Shown one piece after another: positions 38,934 to 49,584 of a stretch of 64,000 bases of DNA. Under the pieces are notes generated by a model. That model saw nothing but the letters and a program-made list of their open reading frames with translations. It ran no database searches and was not told where the DNA came from. Position numbers and translations under genes: made by a program. The number at the start of each line of letters is the position of its first letter. Position 1 is the stretch's first letter. Source of the stretch: Candidatus Poribacteria bacterium (GTDB lineage: Bacteria > Poribacteria > WGA-4E > UBA9662); assembly GCA_036339735.1 (NCBI GenBank), contig JAYZAL010000088.1:32001-96000 (forward strand), in the 5' to 3' direction.

Positions 38934-39176
38934 ATGTCGCTAAAACACAGAAAGTCCACAAACGATCTCAGCCAAAATTTTATATTTTTTCCAGCCTAAT
39001 CGAGAGACGATCAATGGTTAATTATCCTCTCATAATCTTTACTATTTTTTTTCAGAAAATTATCTGATTTGAAGTAATTTTTCTAGCGGTTACCAACTCA
39101 TTTAATCCAATCTGATCTTAAGCCTTAGCCCTTTAACTAGCCCTCAATTATAACTGAGATTGACTGTTTGGGCAAT

Positions 39177-40157
39177 TCACTTGGGCCAATTATGACTAAC
39201 CCAACCAATCAATCCGACCAATGTAGCATAAGTTAGAATAATAAGGTGTAAGCTCAAACCGATCGTTAAGGCCGTTTCAAAAGGAATGTGACAAGTAATT
39301 AACGCCCATGTGAAGGGAACTTCTATTGTTCCTAAATTCCCTACCGATTGGATTGGTAATAAGTTACAAAGATTTGTAAATGAAAGTGCAAAAATAATTT
39401 CTGAAATAGAAAGATCACTTGCCATAAGATGAATCAAGTAGACTTGGAAACTGAACCTTACGAATAAGCTAAGTATTGATAATACCCAAATACCTAATTG
39501 TCGCTTCCTGATTTGTGGATTAGTTAATGACGCCCACAGATTATCTAAAACGGGTAAGAACCATCGTGAAACGAGAAAATCCAGTTTGGTATTGATCAGG
39601 AAATTCTCAAGAAAAGATCGTAGAGGAAACATAGGTTTCGAGGCCAAGTTACCTACTATAATTATTATTAAGATGAATACAAAACTGCAAAAAATCGGCA
39701 AATAAAATAAAAAGACATAAGATAAATTCGCAATACCTGCGAAGAAACTGGTGATTGCTAAAATTACTAAAATTAATGATAGATCAATTACACTAGCTAA
39801 AATCAGAGAAATTACACCACTTGAGCTACCAACTGATTCTTCCTTTTTCATCATGTAAAGATAAGAGAGGTCAGCACTTCTGAAGGGTAATATATTAGAA
39901 AGAAAGGTATGAATGGAAAATATAGGAAAGAGAGCCAAAATTGATCTATCTAACCCCAAAATGGCACTAAATCGACCAGCCTTAGTTGCAACAAAAAATA
40001 GGTAGCAGACAAATCCAATAAATAATGAATAAATAGGCAAATTGTTAAGCTGTTTAATTACCTGATCTAGTTCAATTTTAGTTACCAACCAGGCAACAGC
40101 TATCAGCGCAATTCCAATTGCTAAAATGACTTTTAGGTAATGTTGTAGCAATTTCAT
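39177..40157 (-). CDS. Lysylphosphatidylglycerol synthase TM / flippase-like membrane protein
   Basis: Multi-TM, FLSNILPFR, LPIQSVGNLGTIE. Confidence 0.75.
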   Translation of the reverse strand: MKLLQHYLKVILAIGIALIAVAWLVTKIELDQVIKQLNNLPIYSLFIGFVCYLFFVATKAGRFSAILGLDRSILALFPIFSIHTFLSNILPFRSADLSYLYMMKKEESVGSSSGVISLILASVIDLSLILVILAITSFFAGIANLSYVFLFYLPIFCSFVFILIIIIVGNLASKPMFPLRSFLENFLINTKLDFLVSRWFLPVLDNLWASLTNPQIRKRQLGIWVLSILSLFVRFSFQVYLIHLMASDLSISEIIFALSFTNLCNLLPIQSVGNLGTIEVPFTWALITCHIPFETALTIGLSLHLIILTYATLVGLIGWVSHNWPK

Positions 40158-40325
40158 TTTTATTTCTTAGGAAACCAATTTTCTAATTTTAGATCTTTCT
40201 TCCTGAAAATTATAGTTAGGAAACAGCTAAATCGATAATCAATGATACCAAATTAGATTTTTCATCGTTGTATCTGTCGGAGTTGATATCAAAATTAGAT
40301 AAACAACCTAGATGGAGATGATCAA

Positions 40326-40898
40326 ATGCTTTATCTTAACTCACTAGAGAATTCAGCCCTGAGTAATCCAGAGAATCGTTTTGCTATTTGCCGTAAAACG
40401 ACGGAGGACATGCCAACGATTCCAGAACTGGCACCAACAGAACCACTATATACTTTGTGGCAAGATAAATCGATTGCGTGGACAGAGTTCAAGAATCGAT
40501 ACTTGCATGAAATGCGGCAGGAGTTTACAAATAAACTAAGTCAGTTGAAAAGGATTGCTGAATACAGTTTAAAAAACGATCTTACTCTCCACTCTCCGGA
40601 ACCTAATGGCCAAAACACCTATCGATCCTTGTTAGGTGGGATTATCGATGGTATTTGGCAAAAAAACCAACAAACTGGACAAATTATTGATTTGGCGTTA
40701 GCTCCAGCTGTCAAATCTCAACACAGCCCAGAAAACCAGAAAATGATGCGGACCATAGCGGAAAAATGCGACTATTTTTCCGCTATTAAACATTGGTCTG
40801 GTGGTCCTGTTAGCTGCGAAGGATGTTATTATTTGGATCGACAAGTATTGGTTTGCCCGCCAACTAATCAAGTTGTGGTCAACTATCATTGGGTTTAG
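40326..40898 (+). CDS. DUF488-like protein with C-terminal Cys-rich domain
   Basis: GGAG RBS, ELAPT..L...W..F..RY..EM, C-terminal C-x15-CxxC-x9-C. Confidence 0.55.
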   Translation: MLYLNSLENSALSNPENRFAICRKTTEDMPTIPELAPTEPLYTLWQDKSIAWTEFKNRYLHEMRQEFTNKLSQLKRIAEYSLKNDLTLHSPEPNGQNTYRSLLGGIIDGIWQKNQQTGQIIDLALAPAVKSQHSPENQKMMRTIAEKCDYFSAIKHWSGGPVSCEGCYYLDRQVLVCPPTNQVVVNYHWV

Positions 40899-41688
40899 TC
40901 GGTCTTTTTGATTTTATCCGATTATTCAAAAAAAATTCAATAATTGATGGAACGAGATGGTCAACGGAATGACCAGATTCTAATCTTTGTCGAATTTCTG
41001 TCGATGAGATCTCAGTATAACAATCCTCGAGTTCCACTAAGTCTACAAAAGGCACAAAATCTGGCCAATTCAACAAAAAACTACTAATGTCTTCTTTGTT
41101 GAAAGTTGATCGATTTGCGACGACTAAACGGCATTGGCCGAACAATTGTTTCAGTGCCTTATTCGGGTCCTTATAATATTTGGAATCAAAAATTCGTACC
41201 AAGGTATCGTAACCAATAATAAAATTATATTCGGTAAACTGAGTTAATTCTTGTTTCAGAGCCTTGATCTTATCAATAAAACGACCATGACTAGACAGCG
41301 CTACAGAATAATTGCTCAAAGGGTCGACATACGCAGCCATCATCCTTAATCGTTCAGACAAAGAGAAACCAAAAACACTTTTGTCAACATTATTCCTAGC
41401 TAATAGGAGAATGATTTCGTCTAGCTGGAATTTTTTATGTGCTAACTTCATCATTTGTTCGTGCGCAATTGTTAGAGGGTTGAAAGATGCGGAAAAGATT
41501 CCTACCTTTTTTAGCTTTATGGTATGATCTCCACTAGCTCTTTTAACCCAACGAATAGTCGGCTCGTCATTTTTGTTGAGAGAATTAACCAAATCCTGTA
41601 AATGTTCCTCTGTGGGTATGGATAAAGACTCGAAAAATGTATTCATGTTTTCACTATCATTAAAATTTAGAATTGTATTGTTTTTCAT
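40879..41688 (-). CDS. Nicotinamide/nicotinate-nucleotide adenylyltransferase-like (NadD/Pof1-type)
   Basis: SFNPLTIAH, IIGYDT, ISSTEIR. Confidence 0.8.
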   Translation of the reverse strand: MKNNTILNFNDSENMNTFFESLSIPTEEHLQDLVNSLNKNDEPTIRWVKRASGDHTIKLKKVGIFSASFNPLTIAHEQMMKLAHKKFQLDEIILLLARNNVDKSVFGFSLSERLRMMAAYVDPLSNYSVALSSHGRFIDKIKALKQELTQFTEYNFIIGYDTLVRIFDSKYYKDPNKALKQLFGQCRLVVANRSTFNKEDISSFLLNWPDFVPFVDLVELEDCYTEISSTEIRQRLESGHSVDHLVPSIIEFFLNNRIKSKRPTKPNDS

Positions 41689-41692
41689 TATT

Positions 41693-42292
41693 ATGGTACC
41701 AGCATTACTAATTCTAATGCTGTCCTCAGTAGGATGCCAAGCGAAACCAACTCCTAACTCACCAATTACTGTCTCAGGAACTGATCAACTAAATCAGAGA
41801 ATAACTGCTATTGAAACCTGGGTGAATGCACGAAACGAGTCCAATAAAAAAGAGTCGAAGGACCTTGAAATACAACCTGATCAAGTAACAACAGGCCTAG
41901 AAATTCAACTTCAATTAATACAAAAGCAGCTAACGGACCTCAAAAATCAATCGCGATTACTAACGACCTTAGATCAAAATATCACCCAAATAGAAAAAAG
42001 AACGCAAGCCTTAGAGGAACGGGTGAACTTTATTTTATCAAAAACTGACGCAGGCCAGAAAGTTAGACCACCAGATTGGTTGTACAAAACGGTTTGGGAA
42101 AAAGAGAATATCGTCTATGCAGTCGGAACCGCTAATAATAAAAAATTAGCAATATTGAATGCCAAGAATAAATTGCGTAATTATTTTAACCACCAGATTA
42201 TTGACCAAGTACAGGTGCTAGAAGTTTTTAATCAAGGGCAAGAATTGTATATTTTAGTTGCTAAAAACAAAACAGCTGTCAAAGAACCGTGA
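41693..42292 (+). CDS. Hypothetical coiled-coil lipoprotein
   Basis: MVPALLILMLSSVGC lipobox-like leader and a heptad-rich middle. Start uncertain. Confidence 0.55.
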   Translation: MVPALLILMLSSVGCQAKPTPNSPITVSGTDQLNQRITAIETWVNARNESNKKESKDLEIQPDQVTTGLEIQLQLIQKQLTDLKNQSRLLTTLDQNITQIEKRTQALEERVNFILSKTDAGQKVRPPDWLYKTVWEKENIVYAVGTANNKKLAILNAKNKLRNYFNHQIIDQVQVLEVFNQGQELYILVAKNKTAVKEP

Positions 42293-42330
42293 AACTTCTA
42301 ATTTAGACTGATTTTAGTAAACCCTAGAGT

Positions 42331-43422
42331 CTAAACGTTAAATCGAATTGTTAGAACATCACCATCTTGTACCACGTATTCCTTACCTTCCAAACGAAGT
42401 TTCCCAGTTGATTTGGCTTCGCTGAAACCACCCAACTGAACTAGGTCTTTCCAAAATATAGTTTCAGCCCGAATGAATCCACGTGCTAGGTCGCTATGAA
42501 TAGCACCAGCAGCTTCTATTGCTGTTGATCCTTTTGGCAAAGTCCATGCTCTAACTTCATTTGGTCCACCAGCGGTCAAAAATGTAATTAGGCCTAACAA
42601 TCGGTAAGAAACTTGAATGAATCGACTAAGAGCTGGTTCAGGTAGCCCCATTTCTTCCTGAAATATAACAGCCTCATCTGATTCCAGTTGAGCAATTTCC
42701 ATCTCAAGTCGAGCTGACAATGCAAAAATTTCGGTTTCCGACCTTTCAGCATAAGATGAAAAAACACCTTCAATTTTTTCTACTCGTTCGATTTCATCCT
42801 CTGCGATATTTAGAATGATCAGTAATGGCTTTTGAGACAAAAACTGATAACCACGGATCATTTTTTCCTCAACCTCAGAGAAATTTAACTCCCGAATAGC
42901 TGTACCACCTTGTAAGGATTCTTCGCACCTACGTAGCACCTCAAGTTGATTTTGCAGATCGGCGTTGTTTTGAACCCTTAAGTCTCTTTCTATCCGTTCA
43001 ATTCGTTTTTCAATAATCTGTAAATCTGCAACAGCAAATTCTAACTCGATTGTTTCGATATCTCTAATTGGATCGATTGAACCGTCGATGTGTGGCACAG
43101 ACTCGTCCGCAAATACACGCACAACTTGAGCCAGAGCATCAACTTCTCTTAGGTCCGCGAGAAAACTGGCTTCGAACCCGATTCTTTCAGAGTCGCCCTT
43201 AGAAAGACCCGCCACGTCAATATAGTCAATGGTAGTTGGTGTTACTTTTTTAGGCTTAAAAAGTTCTGCTAACTTTGTCAAACGAGGATCTGGTACTTGT
43301 ACGGAATTTACGTTCGAGGATTGGCTAGCAGCGTAATTACCGGTTTCTGCATCCGATCGGGTCAAAGCATTAAAAATGGTAGTCTTCCCTACGAAAGGTA
43401 AACCGACGATACCTACTTTCAT
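42331..43422 (-). CDS. ychF: Redox-regulated ATPase YchF
   Basis: GIVGLP.VGKTT.FNALT, D.AGL, IHSD..RGFIRAE, LEGKEYVVQDGD. Confidence 0.95.
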   Translation of the reverse strand: MKVGIVGLPFVGKTTIFNALTRSDAETGNYAASQSSNVNSVQVPDPRLTKLAELFKPKKVTPTTIDYIDVAGLSKGDSERIGFEASFLADLREVDALAQVVRVFADESVPHIDGSIDPIRDIETIELEFAVADLQIIEKRIERIERDLRVQNNADLQNQLEVLRRCEESLQGGTAIRELNFSEVEEKMIRGYQFLSQKPLLIILNIAEDEIERVEKIEGVFSSYAERSETEIFALSARLEMEIAQLESDEAVIFQEEMGLPEPALSRFIQVSYRLLGLITFLTAGGPNEVRAWTLPKGSTAIEAAGAIHSDLARGFIRAETIFWKDLVQLGGFSEAKSTGKLRLEGKEYVVQDGDVLTIRFNV

Positions 43423-43446
43423 ATTTATCTTTTCCTGTGTCCTGAA

Positions 43447-44526
43447 TTAACATAATCCGAGTTCGCGTCTGACAACATCTACACCAGCTACCATATTAGT
43501 TAACTTTTTCCTCGCAGCCCAACGTGCTGTTTGGCTTAATCCACAATCAGGAGCAAAAGACAATTTTTCCGCTGGTGCATAAGCCAAGCATCTACGTACT
43601 CGGTCAGCAATGTCTGATACGGTTTCTATATAGTAGCTTTTTACATCGATAATACCGACAGCTACATCTTTTACCTTGGCTATTGAACTAATAATATCCA
43701 GCTCAGAAAATTCACGGCTAGCCATTTCCAAGTGTATTTCATTTACATCCATTTCTAGAAAATGAGGGAACATTGGCTTATATTGGCGCAATCCAACAGC
43801 CCTTCCCTTATAGTTTCCAAAACAAAGATGAATCGAGAGTCTAACCTTCCCAGAAACAGGTGCTACTGTTCGGTTGAAAATATCAACCAACCGAATTGGA
43901 TCCTCTCGGTGTGCGTAACAACTCATAGATGGCTCGTCAACGGTAAGTTCTTGACAGCCGGCATTCACTAAATTTACTATCTCTTGTTGGACAATAGGTA
44001 TGAGTGCTTCAGTGATGGCGTACCGATCGATATAGTCTGAGTTTGGTAATAATCGACCACTCAGCGTATATGGACCTGGTACGGAGGCCTTAAGAATGGG
44101 TGTAGTATCTAGATGTGCAACTGACTGTTTCAGTTTTTTGAAATCAGATAAGGTTCCAAGACCTTTGGGTGCTGATAGCTGACCGACAATTTGATGTTTA
44201 CCTCTTTGGTCGTGAGCAGGAGGTCCAAAAAGGCGGGATGTAGTCGACTCCATTTTAATGCCTTGTAGAAAACCATAAAATGAGAGATTAAAATCTAGTC
44301 GACTCTGCTCACCATCTGTGATCATATCTAAACCGGCTCTCAATTGATCTTGAACTACGGTTGTAACCGCATCACTTTGCAATTCAGCTAAATCTTCTGA
44401 GCCAAACTGATCTAGGTTTTGTGCTGAAAACTCTAACCATCCTGGCAATGGGTAGCTACCAATAACGGTAGTTTGCAAGGGTTTTCGTGGAAATTGATTA
44501 ATGTCATATTTTTTCATTTTGCTCAA
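43447..44526 (-). CDS. Cobalamin-independent methionine synthase II family (single-barrel MetE core)
   Basis: IGSYP, TDGEQ, DEP, HLC, PDCG; 359 aa. Confidence 0.85.
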   Translation of the reverse strand: MSKMKKYDINQFPRKPLQTTVIGSYPLPGWLEFSAQNLDQFGSEDLAELQSDAVTTVVQDQLRAGLDMITDGEQSRLDFNLSFYGFLQGIKMESTTSRLFGPPAHDQRGKHQIVGQLSAPKGLGTLSDFKKLKQSVAHLDTTPILKASVPGPYTLSGRLLPNSDYIDRYAITEALIPIVQQEIVNLVNAGCQELTVDEPSMSCYAHREDPIRLVDIFNRTVAPVSGKVRLSIHLCFGNYKGRAVGLRQYKPMFPHFLEMDVNEIHLEMASREFSELDIISSIAKVKDVAVGIIDVKSYYIETVSDIADRVRRCLAYAPAEKLSFAPDCGLSQTARWAARKKLTNMVAGVDVVRRELGLC

Positions 44527-44539
44527 TCAAGACTAATTT

Positions 44540-45097
44540 TTAGGTGTTTTCCCAAGGTGATGGCAAGGCCGCGGTTAACGTAAAAGTTGATTTTGCTAGT
44601 TCATCTAATCTTTCGTTGATCTTCTCTGACTGTACAAACATTTGTGGCGTCCGGTCATTACCAAAATCATCCCCAGTAGCGTAAACAAATCGAGGATTAA
44701 TTAAGCAACGAAAATCAAGCATCAGACTATTAGCAATACTCATTACCGACATATAACTAGAATGACCACCTGCAGCACAGGCGAACCCAACAACTTTTTG
44801 ACTCCACCTGCGGCCAGTTAATTCGATCATATTCTTGGCAGCAGAGTTAATGTCGTAGTTATAAATTGGTACAGTTAAGATAATTGCCCGAGCTTGTTCG
44901 ATACTTTCTTGCAGAAACTGCACATGTGGATTTTCAGATGCACCGCTTGTGCCGCATAGTGGGGCTGGGTGTTTCCGTAGATCAACCAAAGGTGACTCTG
45001 CTCCCAAATGGGATAGTTTTTCACTTAATTCTTTAGCTAGCACATAAGACCGACTTTGCGGATGAAGCGAACAACTAATAATAGTAATATTCATCAC
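44540..45097 (-). CDS. NADPH-dependent FMN reductase
   Basis: SCSL...SRS, P.YN......KN flavodoxin-like motifs. Confidence 0.85.
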   Translation of the reverse strand: MMNITIISCSLHPQSRSYVLAKELSEKLSHLGAESPLVDLRKHPAPLCGTSGASENPHVQFLQESIEQARAIILTVPIYNYDINSAAKNMIELTGRRWSQKVVGFACAAGGHSSYMSVMSIANSLMLDFRCLINPRFVYATGDDFGNDRTPQMFVQSEKINERLDELAKSTFTLTAALPSPWENT

Positions 45098-45120
45098 TCT
45101 ATGATACTCTTAATTTTTTT

Positions 45121-46956
45121 CTAATTGAATATTTGGTTAAGTTCTGGATGATTCTCCACTATTTGATCAACTCTTTGGTTAACTGATTTTGATTCTATAA
45201 GTGGAGGTGCATTGTGGGGCTTGAAACGAGCATCAATCACTAATGGCCCTTTCGTTCCCCAGTGCTTATCTATTATGAATGAACTGGCGCCATAAATATC
45301 GGTAGCAGGATTAGAACGTGTGAATGTCAGCCACAGAAAATTTGACCAATCATCTACACAAAATTCTATATCATCTACAAGTACGACTAATGGAAGACTA
45401 GACCATCGACGTGGTTCAATAGCAGAACATAGACTCTCAACTTGACCTTTTGCTATTTCATAATTTTCAGTAAATCTTGGTGCTCCCACAGCACATATGC
45501 CAGGTATAACGATCTTTGAATGATTAAAAGGTGAAGCTAACTGTTGTGGGATTTCAGTTGCTAAGTCCCTAATTTTTGAGCCGGCCGCAGCAATCACGAC
45601 CTTAGAGCCGAGATTTAGCTCAGGGGTAGAGTAATCTAAGGTATCTATAGTCGTTTGGGTTTGAAAGTGAAGATCTCGACTCAAATCAACTCGCTCTAAT
45701 AAATGAACAAAAAAAGATTGGGTACATTGCGTTGACAGGTCAGAATTATCTTCTTGGGCTACGATAAACAAATACTTAGCTAGGCTACATTGATTGAATC
45801 CTAAAATTGCGTTAGCTTGGGTCAATAGTTCCATTGGTAATCGTTGTTGATAAGGCACATACCGCTCACTACCAATGGCGAGTAGCAATGGATGTACCCC
45901 TGCTTCATCAACAGCGTTTAGTTCTTTTACACCGGGTATTTCAACTGGTACCATAGGTTTGGTAATTTCGTGTATTAAATGACCAAAAGTGCTGTCTTCT
46001 TGTGGTGGACGACCAACGACGGTAAACGGCCAAATAGCATTTGGCCGATGGAAAACCTTTTCGACCTTCATATAAGGAAATTCGTGAGTTAGGCTATAAT
46101 AACCCAGATGATCTCCAAAGGGGCCTTCTGGTTTGGTTTTTTGGGGATCAATCGTTCCAACCAGACAGAAGTCAGCGTCAGCTAAAATCGGGTACTCGTT
46201 CCAACGAGTATAACGTACATTACGATCAGCCATCATACCAGCAAAGACAATTTCAGATAAGCCTTCTGGTAAGGGCATTACGGCAGCCAAAGTGTGGGCA
46301 GGGGGGCCACCAACAAAAATACATACTTTCAAAGGTTGCTTTTTCTTGATGGCTTTGGCGTGATGTATACCAATACCTCTATGAATCTGGTAGTGAAGCC
46401 CAACTTCTTCATTGTATCGGTAGTCATTACCCGACAGCTGTACCCGATACATACCTAGATTTGTATTAAATAAACCTCCCTTTTCTGGATCTTCGGTCAA
46501 AACCTGAGGCAAGGTGATGAAAGCACCGCCATCCATTGGCCAACTAATAATTTGTGGGAGTTGGGATACCGTTGTCTGGCTGGCCAATACTGGGGCTAAA
46601 CGAGTCGGTATCGGTAAGGATCGTAAACCTGCGGTAGATAACGGAAACAGATTCTTCAGATCGGAAAAAACACTCGCCGGTCTGGCTTTGAATCGGACCG
46701 CAGTTTTTACTGGAGAAAGGCTCTTTCTAAAAATGTATCGGCTGCGTTCGATCGTACCAAACAAGTTGGATGTAGCACGGAACGGTGTACCAATCACTTT
46801 CTCAAAAAAGAGCGCAGGTCCACCAACTTTGTAAACTCGACGGGTGAGTTCAGCCATCTCTAGATTGGGGGAGATTGGTTCTGTTACCCGAATCAATTGG
46901 TTTGTTTTATCTAAATCTCGGATGCAGTCTTCGGTACATCGATAGGCTTTGGTCAC
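45121..46956 (-). CDS. UbiD-family prFMN-dependent decarboxylase
   Basis: NLGMYR, EGPFGDHLGYY, GRPPQED, IDAR.K. Confidence 0.9.
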   Translation of the reverse strand: MTKAYRCTEDCIRDLDKTNQLIRVTEPISPNLEMAELTRRVYKVGGPALFFEKVIGTPFRATSNLFGTIERSRYIFRKSLSPVKTAVRFKARPASVFSDLKNLFPLSTAGLRSLPIPTRLAPVLASQTTVSQLPQIISWPMDGGAFITLPQVLTEDPEKGGLFNTNLGMYRVQLSGNDYRYNEEVGLHYQIHRGIGIHHAKAIKKKQPLKVCIFVGGPPAHTLAAVMPLPEGLSEIVFAGMMADRNVRYTRWNEYPILADADFCLVGTIDPQKTKPEGPFGDHLGYYSLTHEFPYMKVEKVFHRPNAIWPFTVVGRPPQEDSTFGHLIHEITKPMVPVEIPGVKELNAVDEAGVHPLLLAIGSERYVPYQQRLPMELLTQANAILGFNQCSLAKYLFIVAQEDNSDLSTQCTQSFFVHLLERVDLSRDLHFQTQTTIDTLDYSTPELNLGSKVVIAAAGSKIRDLATEIPQQLASPFNHSKIVIPGICAVGAPRFTENYEIAKGQVESLCSAIEPRRWSSLPLVVLVDDIEFCVDDWSNFLWLTFTRSNPATDIYGASSFIIDKHWGTKGPLVIDARFKPHNAPPLIESKSVNQRVDQIVENHPELNQIFN

Positions 46957-46980
46957 TCTTCTGGGTCGTTCAACTTGTTG

Positions 46981-47259
46981 CTAACAACCCCCTCCCATAG
47001 CCGGCAAAAAATGTACTTCTGAGTTAGGTCCGATAGTTGATCGCATACCTCTGTCGATCAACACACCATCAACATAGACACCAATATAAGGGCTAATACG
47101 TTCAATACCATCATCGTGGTGGCATAGCCGATCTTTCACACCAGGGAACTCCGCTTCCATATTGTCCAATAATTCTCGTATCGTTGTTCCCGTAATTTCA
47201 ACTTGACTTTTTTCGTTAGTCAAATCACGCATCAAGGAAGGAATAGAAACAATGGCCAA
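46981..47259 (-). CDS. MoaD/ThiS-family ubiquitin-like sulfur carrier
   Basis: V.IP..MR, G.TI.ELL......PG, PAMGGGC C-terminus. Confidence 0.85.
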   Translation of the reverse strand: MAIVSIPSLMRDLTNEKSQVEITGTTIRELLDNMEAEFPGVKDRLCHHDDGIERISPYIGVYVDGVLIDRGMRSTIGPNSEVHFLPAMGGGC

Positions 47260-47343
47260 AACTTAACCCATAGTTGAAGTGTTCGGATAATTTTCCCAAT
47301 CTATAAACCAAAGGTAATCAATAATCGCAATAGAGAGGGGTCT

Positions 47344-49584
47344 CTAAATTTTATCTAGAGCTTTAAGAACTACACCCGGGTTCATCGGCAAATCAGTCAT
47401 TCGAACACCAATGGCGCGCGAAACTGCATTGGCAATAGCTGCTAAGGGGGGTACCAATGGTACTTCACCAACGCCACGCACTCCAAATGGATGACCAGGG
47501 TTCGGTACTTCGACCAAAACAGTATCAATCATCGGAGTATCGTAGCAAGTCGGCATCCGATAGTCAAGAAAGCTAGAGTTTTTCATTTCTCCATTTTCAC
47601 CAAAAACGTACTCTTCACTCAAAGCCCAACCAATTCCTTGTACCACTCCACCCTGCATCTGTCCTTCGACGTAACTAGGGTGGATAGCAGTCCCAACGTC
47701 TTGCACGGCCGTATAGCGTAAAATTTCAACTTTTCCTGTTTCTTCATCAACTTCTACGTCCACAATATGTGTACCGAAACCACCACCAGCTCCACCAGTA
47801 GATTCAGTAACAGAACCAACAACCGGAGCACATATTTTTGCCGCTTCCTTGAAATCACAGCTCTTATTACTGCTCGAGAAGACCCCATCTGCGAATTCTA
47901 CTTGATCCGCTTCCCAATGATCTGCCATTTGATCTATCATCTGGGCAATAACATCTTCTGCTGCTCGGATTGCGACTAAACCTGTAGCATGAGTAGTTCG
48001 ACTGCCTCCAGTCACACCAGTCTCTCCGATAGTATTAGTATCAACTACTGCTGGTCGCACATCTTCCGACGCAATTCCTAAAACCTCCGCGGCTTGCATC
48101 GCAATTGAGGCACGAGAACCACCGATATCCGTCGACCCCTCGAGTAGCATAATGGTCCCATCTCCATTAACGGTTAGATTAACGCTTGACCGACCTGCCC
48201 CATTTCCCCAATACCCAGACGCAATACCGCGACCTTGTCGCTTAAGAATATCAATCTCACTTTGGTAGTGTTTGTGTTTTTGTGCTGCTGAAACAGTTTC
48301 TAGGTAACCTATTTTTCCGTGAATGGGTCCAGTCGGTCGACGGTCACCTTCTTTAGCTCCATTGAATAGACGAAATTCTAGAGGGTCAATCTCTAATTTT
48401 TGACAAATTTCGTCTATTACACACTCTGCAGCAAATGATCCATTTGGGGCACCAGGAGCTCGATAAGCCGATGAACGTGGTTTGTTAACGACAACATCAA
48501 ATCCATCTATCCTTAAGTTGGGTATCTTATAAGCTGTAAACATACAGTTAGCACCAGCTCCAACAGCAGATCCTGGGTAGGCACCAGCTTCGTAGAATAG
48601 GTCAGCCTCAGCTGCGGTAATACGTCCATCTTTTGTTGCTCCGATCTTGACTCGAATCAAAGTCGCAGGAGCTGGCCCAGTCCCTTCAAATACTTCTTCC
48701 CGACTCATGGTGATTTTGACCGGAAATCCAGTTCTAATAGAGATCAGCGCTGCTAGTGGGCTAACATAAACACGTATTTTACCACCGAATCCTCCACCAA
48801 TCTCTAGTGGAACTACCTTGATTTTACTAGCAGGATGTCGCAGAATTTCAGCCACTTGATCACGGACAGCAAATGCCCCCTGCGTACTAGTCCAAACTGT
48901 CAATTCTCCATCAGGATTATATTTTGCCGTTGCCGTATGGGGTTCAATATATCCTTGATGTACGGTTTGAGTTGTAAATGTTCTTTCAACAATTACCCCA
49001 TTAGTCTCGGCCTGTGAGAAACCTAGACTCAAGTCGCCATTTTCGTGTCGAAAATGAGAGGCAATGTTGGTAGGTGTTTCTGTTTTCTCACCAAGTGTGT
49101 TTGTTGTCAAAGACTGGTGAAGTACTACTGCATCTGGGGCAATTGCTTCTTCTACGGAAGTTACCGATGCAAGTATTTCATATTCAACGTCAATTAGATC
49201 AACCGCTTCTTGGGCTGTGTGAATATCAGTAGCTGCAACGACTGCAATCGGCTGTCCCTTATAAAAAACTTTTTCACTAGCCAACACATTGTCGCTCAGG
49301 AAACGCATATTTTCTGGTATCTCACCAAATTCTGCGATTCTTTCTTCCACAATAGGTAAGTCACTACCAGTGATAATATCCTTAACTCCTGGATATTCCA
49401 GAGCCTGACTAACATCTAGAGAAATTATCTTGGCATGTGCGTGAGGGCTACGTAGGACTTTTCCATATAACATATCCGGAAAATTCAGATCGGCTCCATA
49501 CTTTGCCCTACCAGTTACTTTGTCTACCCCATCATGACGAATAGGTCGACTACCAATAACTTTGTAACCATTTCCATTTTTCAT
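47344..49584 (-). CDS. Xanthine dehydrogenase-family molybdopterin subunit
   Basis: KVTGRAKY, GGGFGGK, AYRAPG, EGQMQGG, GVGE. Confidence 0.92.
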   Translation of the reverse strand: MKNGNGYKVIGSRPIRHDGVDKVTGRAKYGADLNFPDMLYGKVLRSPHAHAKIISLDVSQALEYPGVKDIITGSDLPIVEERIAEFGEIPENMRFLSDNVLASEKVFYKGQPIAVVAATDIHTAQEAVDLIDVEYEILASVTSVEEAIAPDAVVLHQSLTTNTLGEKTETPTNIASHFRHENGDLSLGFSQAETNGVIVERTFTTQTVHQGYIEPHTATAKYNPDGELTVWTSTQGAFAVRDQVAEILRHPASKIKVVPLEIGGGFGGKIRVYVSPLAALISIRTGFPVKITMSREEVFEGTGPAPATLIRVKIGATKDGRITAAEADLFYEAGAYPGSAVGAGANCMFTAYKIPNLRIDGFDVVVNKPRSSAYRAPGAPNGSFAAECVIDEICQKLEIDPLEFRLFNGAKEGDRRPTGPIHGKIGYLETVSAAQKHKHYQSEIDILKRQGRGIASGYWGNGAGRSSVNLTVNGDGTIMLLEGSTDIGGSRASIAMQAAEVLGIASEDVRPAVVDTNTIGETGVTGGSRTTHATGLVAIRAAEDVIAQMIDQMADHWEADQVEFADGVFSSSNKSCDFKEAAKICAPVVGSVTESTGGAGGGFGTHIVDVEVDEETGKVEILRYTAVQDVGTAIHPSYVEGQMQGGVVQGIGWALSEEYVFGENGEMKNSSFLDYRMPTCYDTPMIDTVLVEVPNPGHPFGVRGVGEVPLVPPLAAIANAVSRAIGVRMTDLPMNPGVVLKALDKI

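Noticed and set aside
41573-41695. Overlapping or back-to-back divergent starts of the NadD-like and lipoprotein genes
   Set aside because: Probably start-codon uncertainty. An alternative ATG at 41646 for the minus-strand gene widens the gap.
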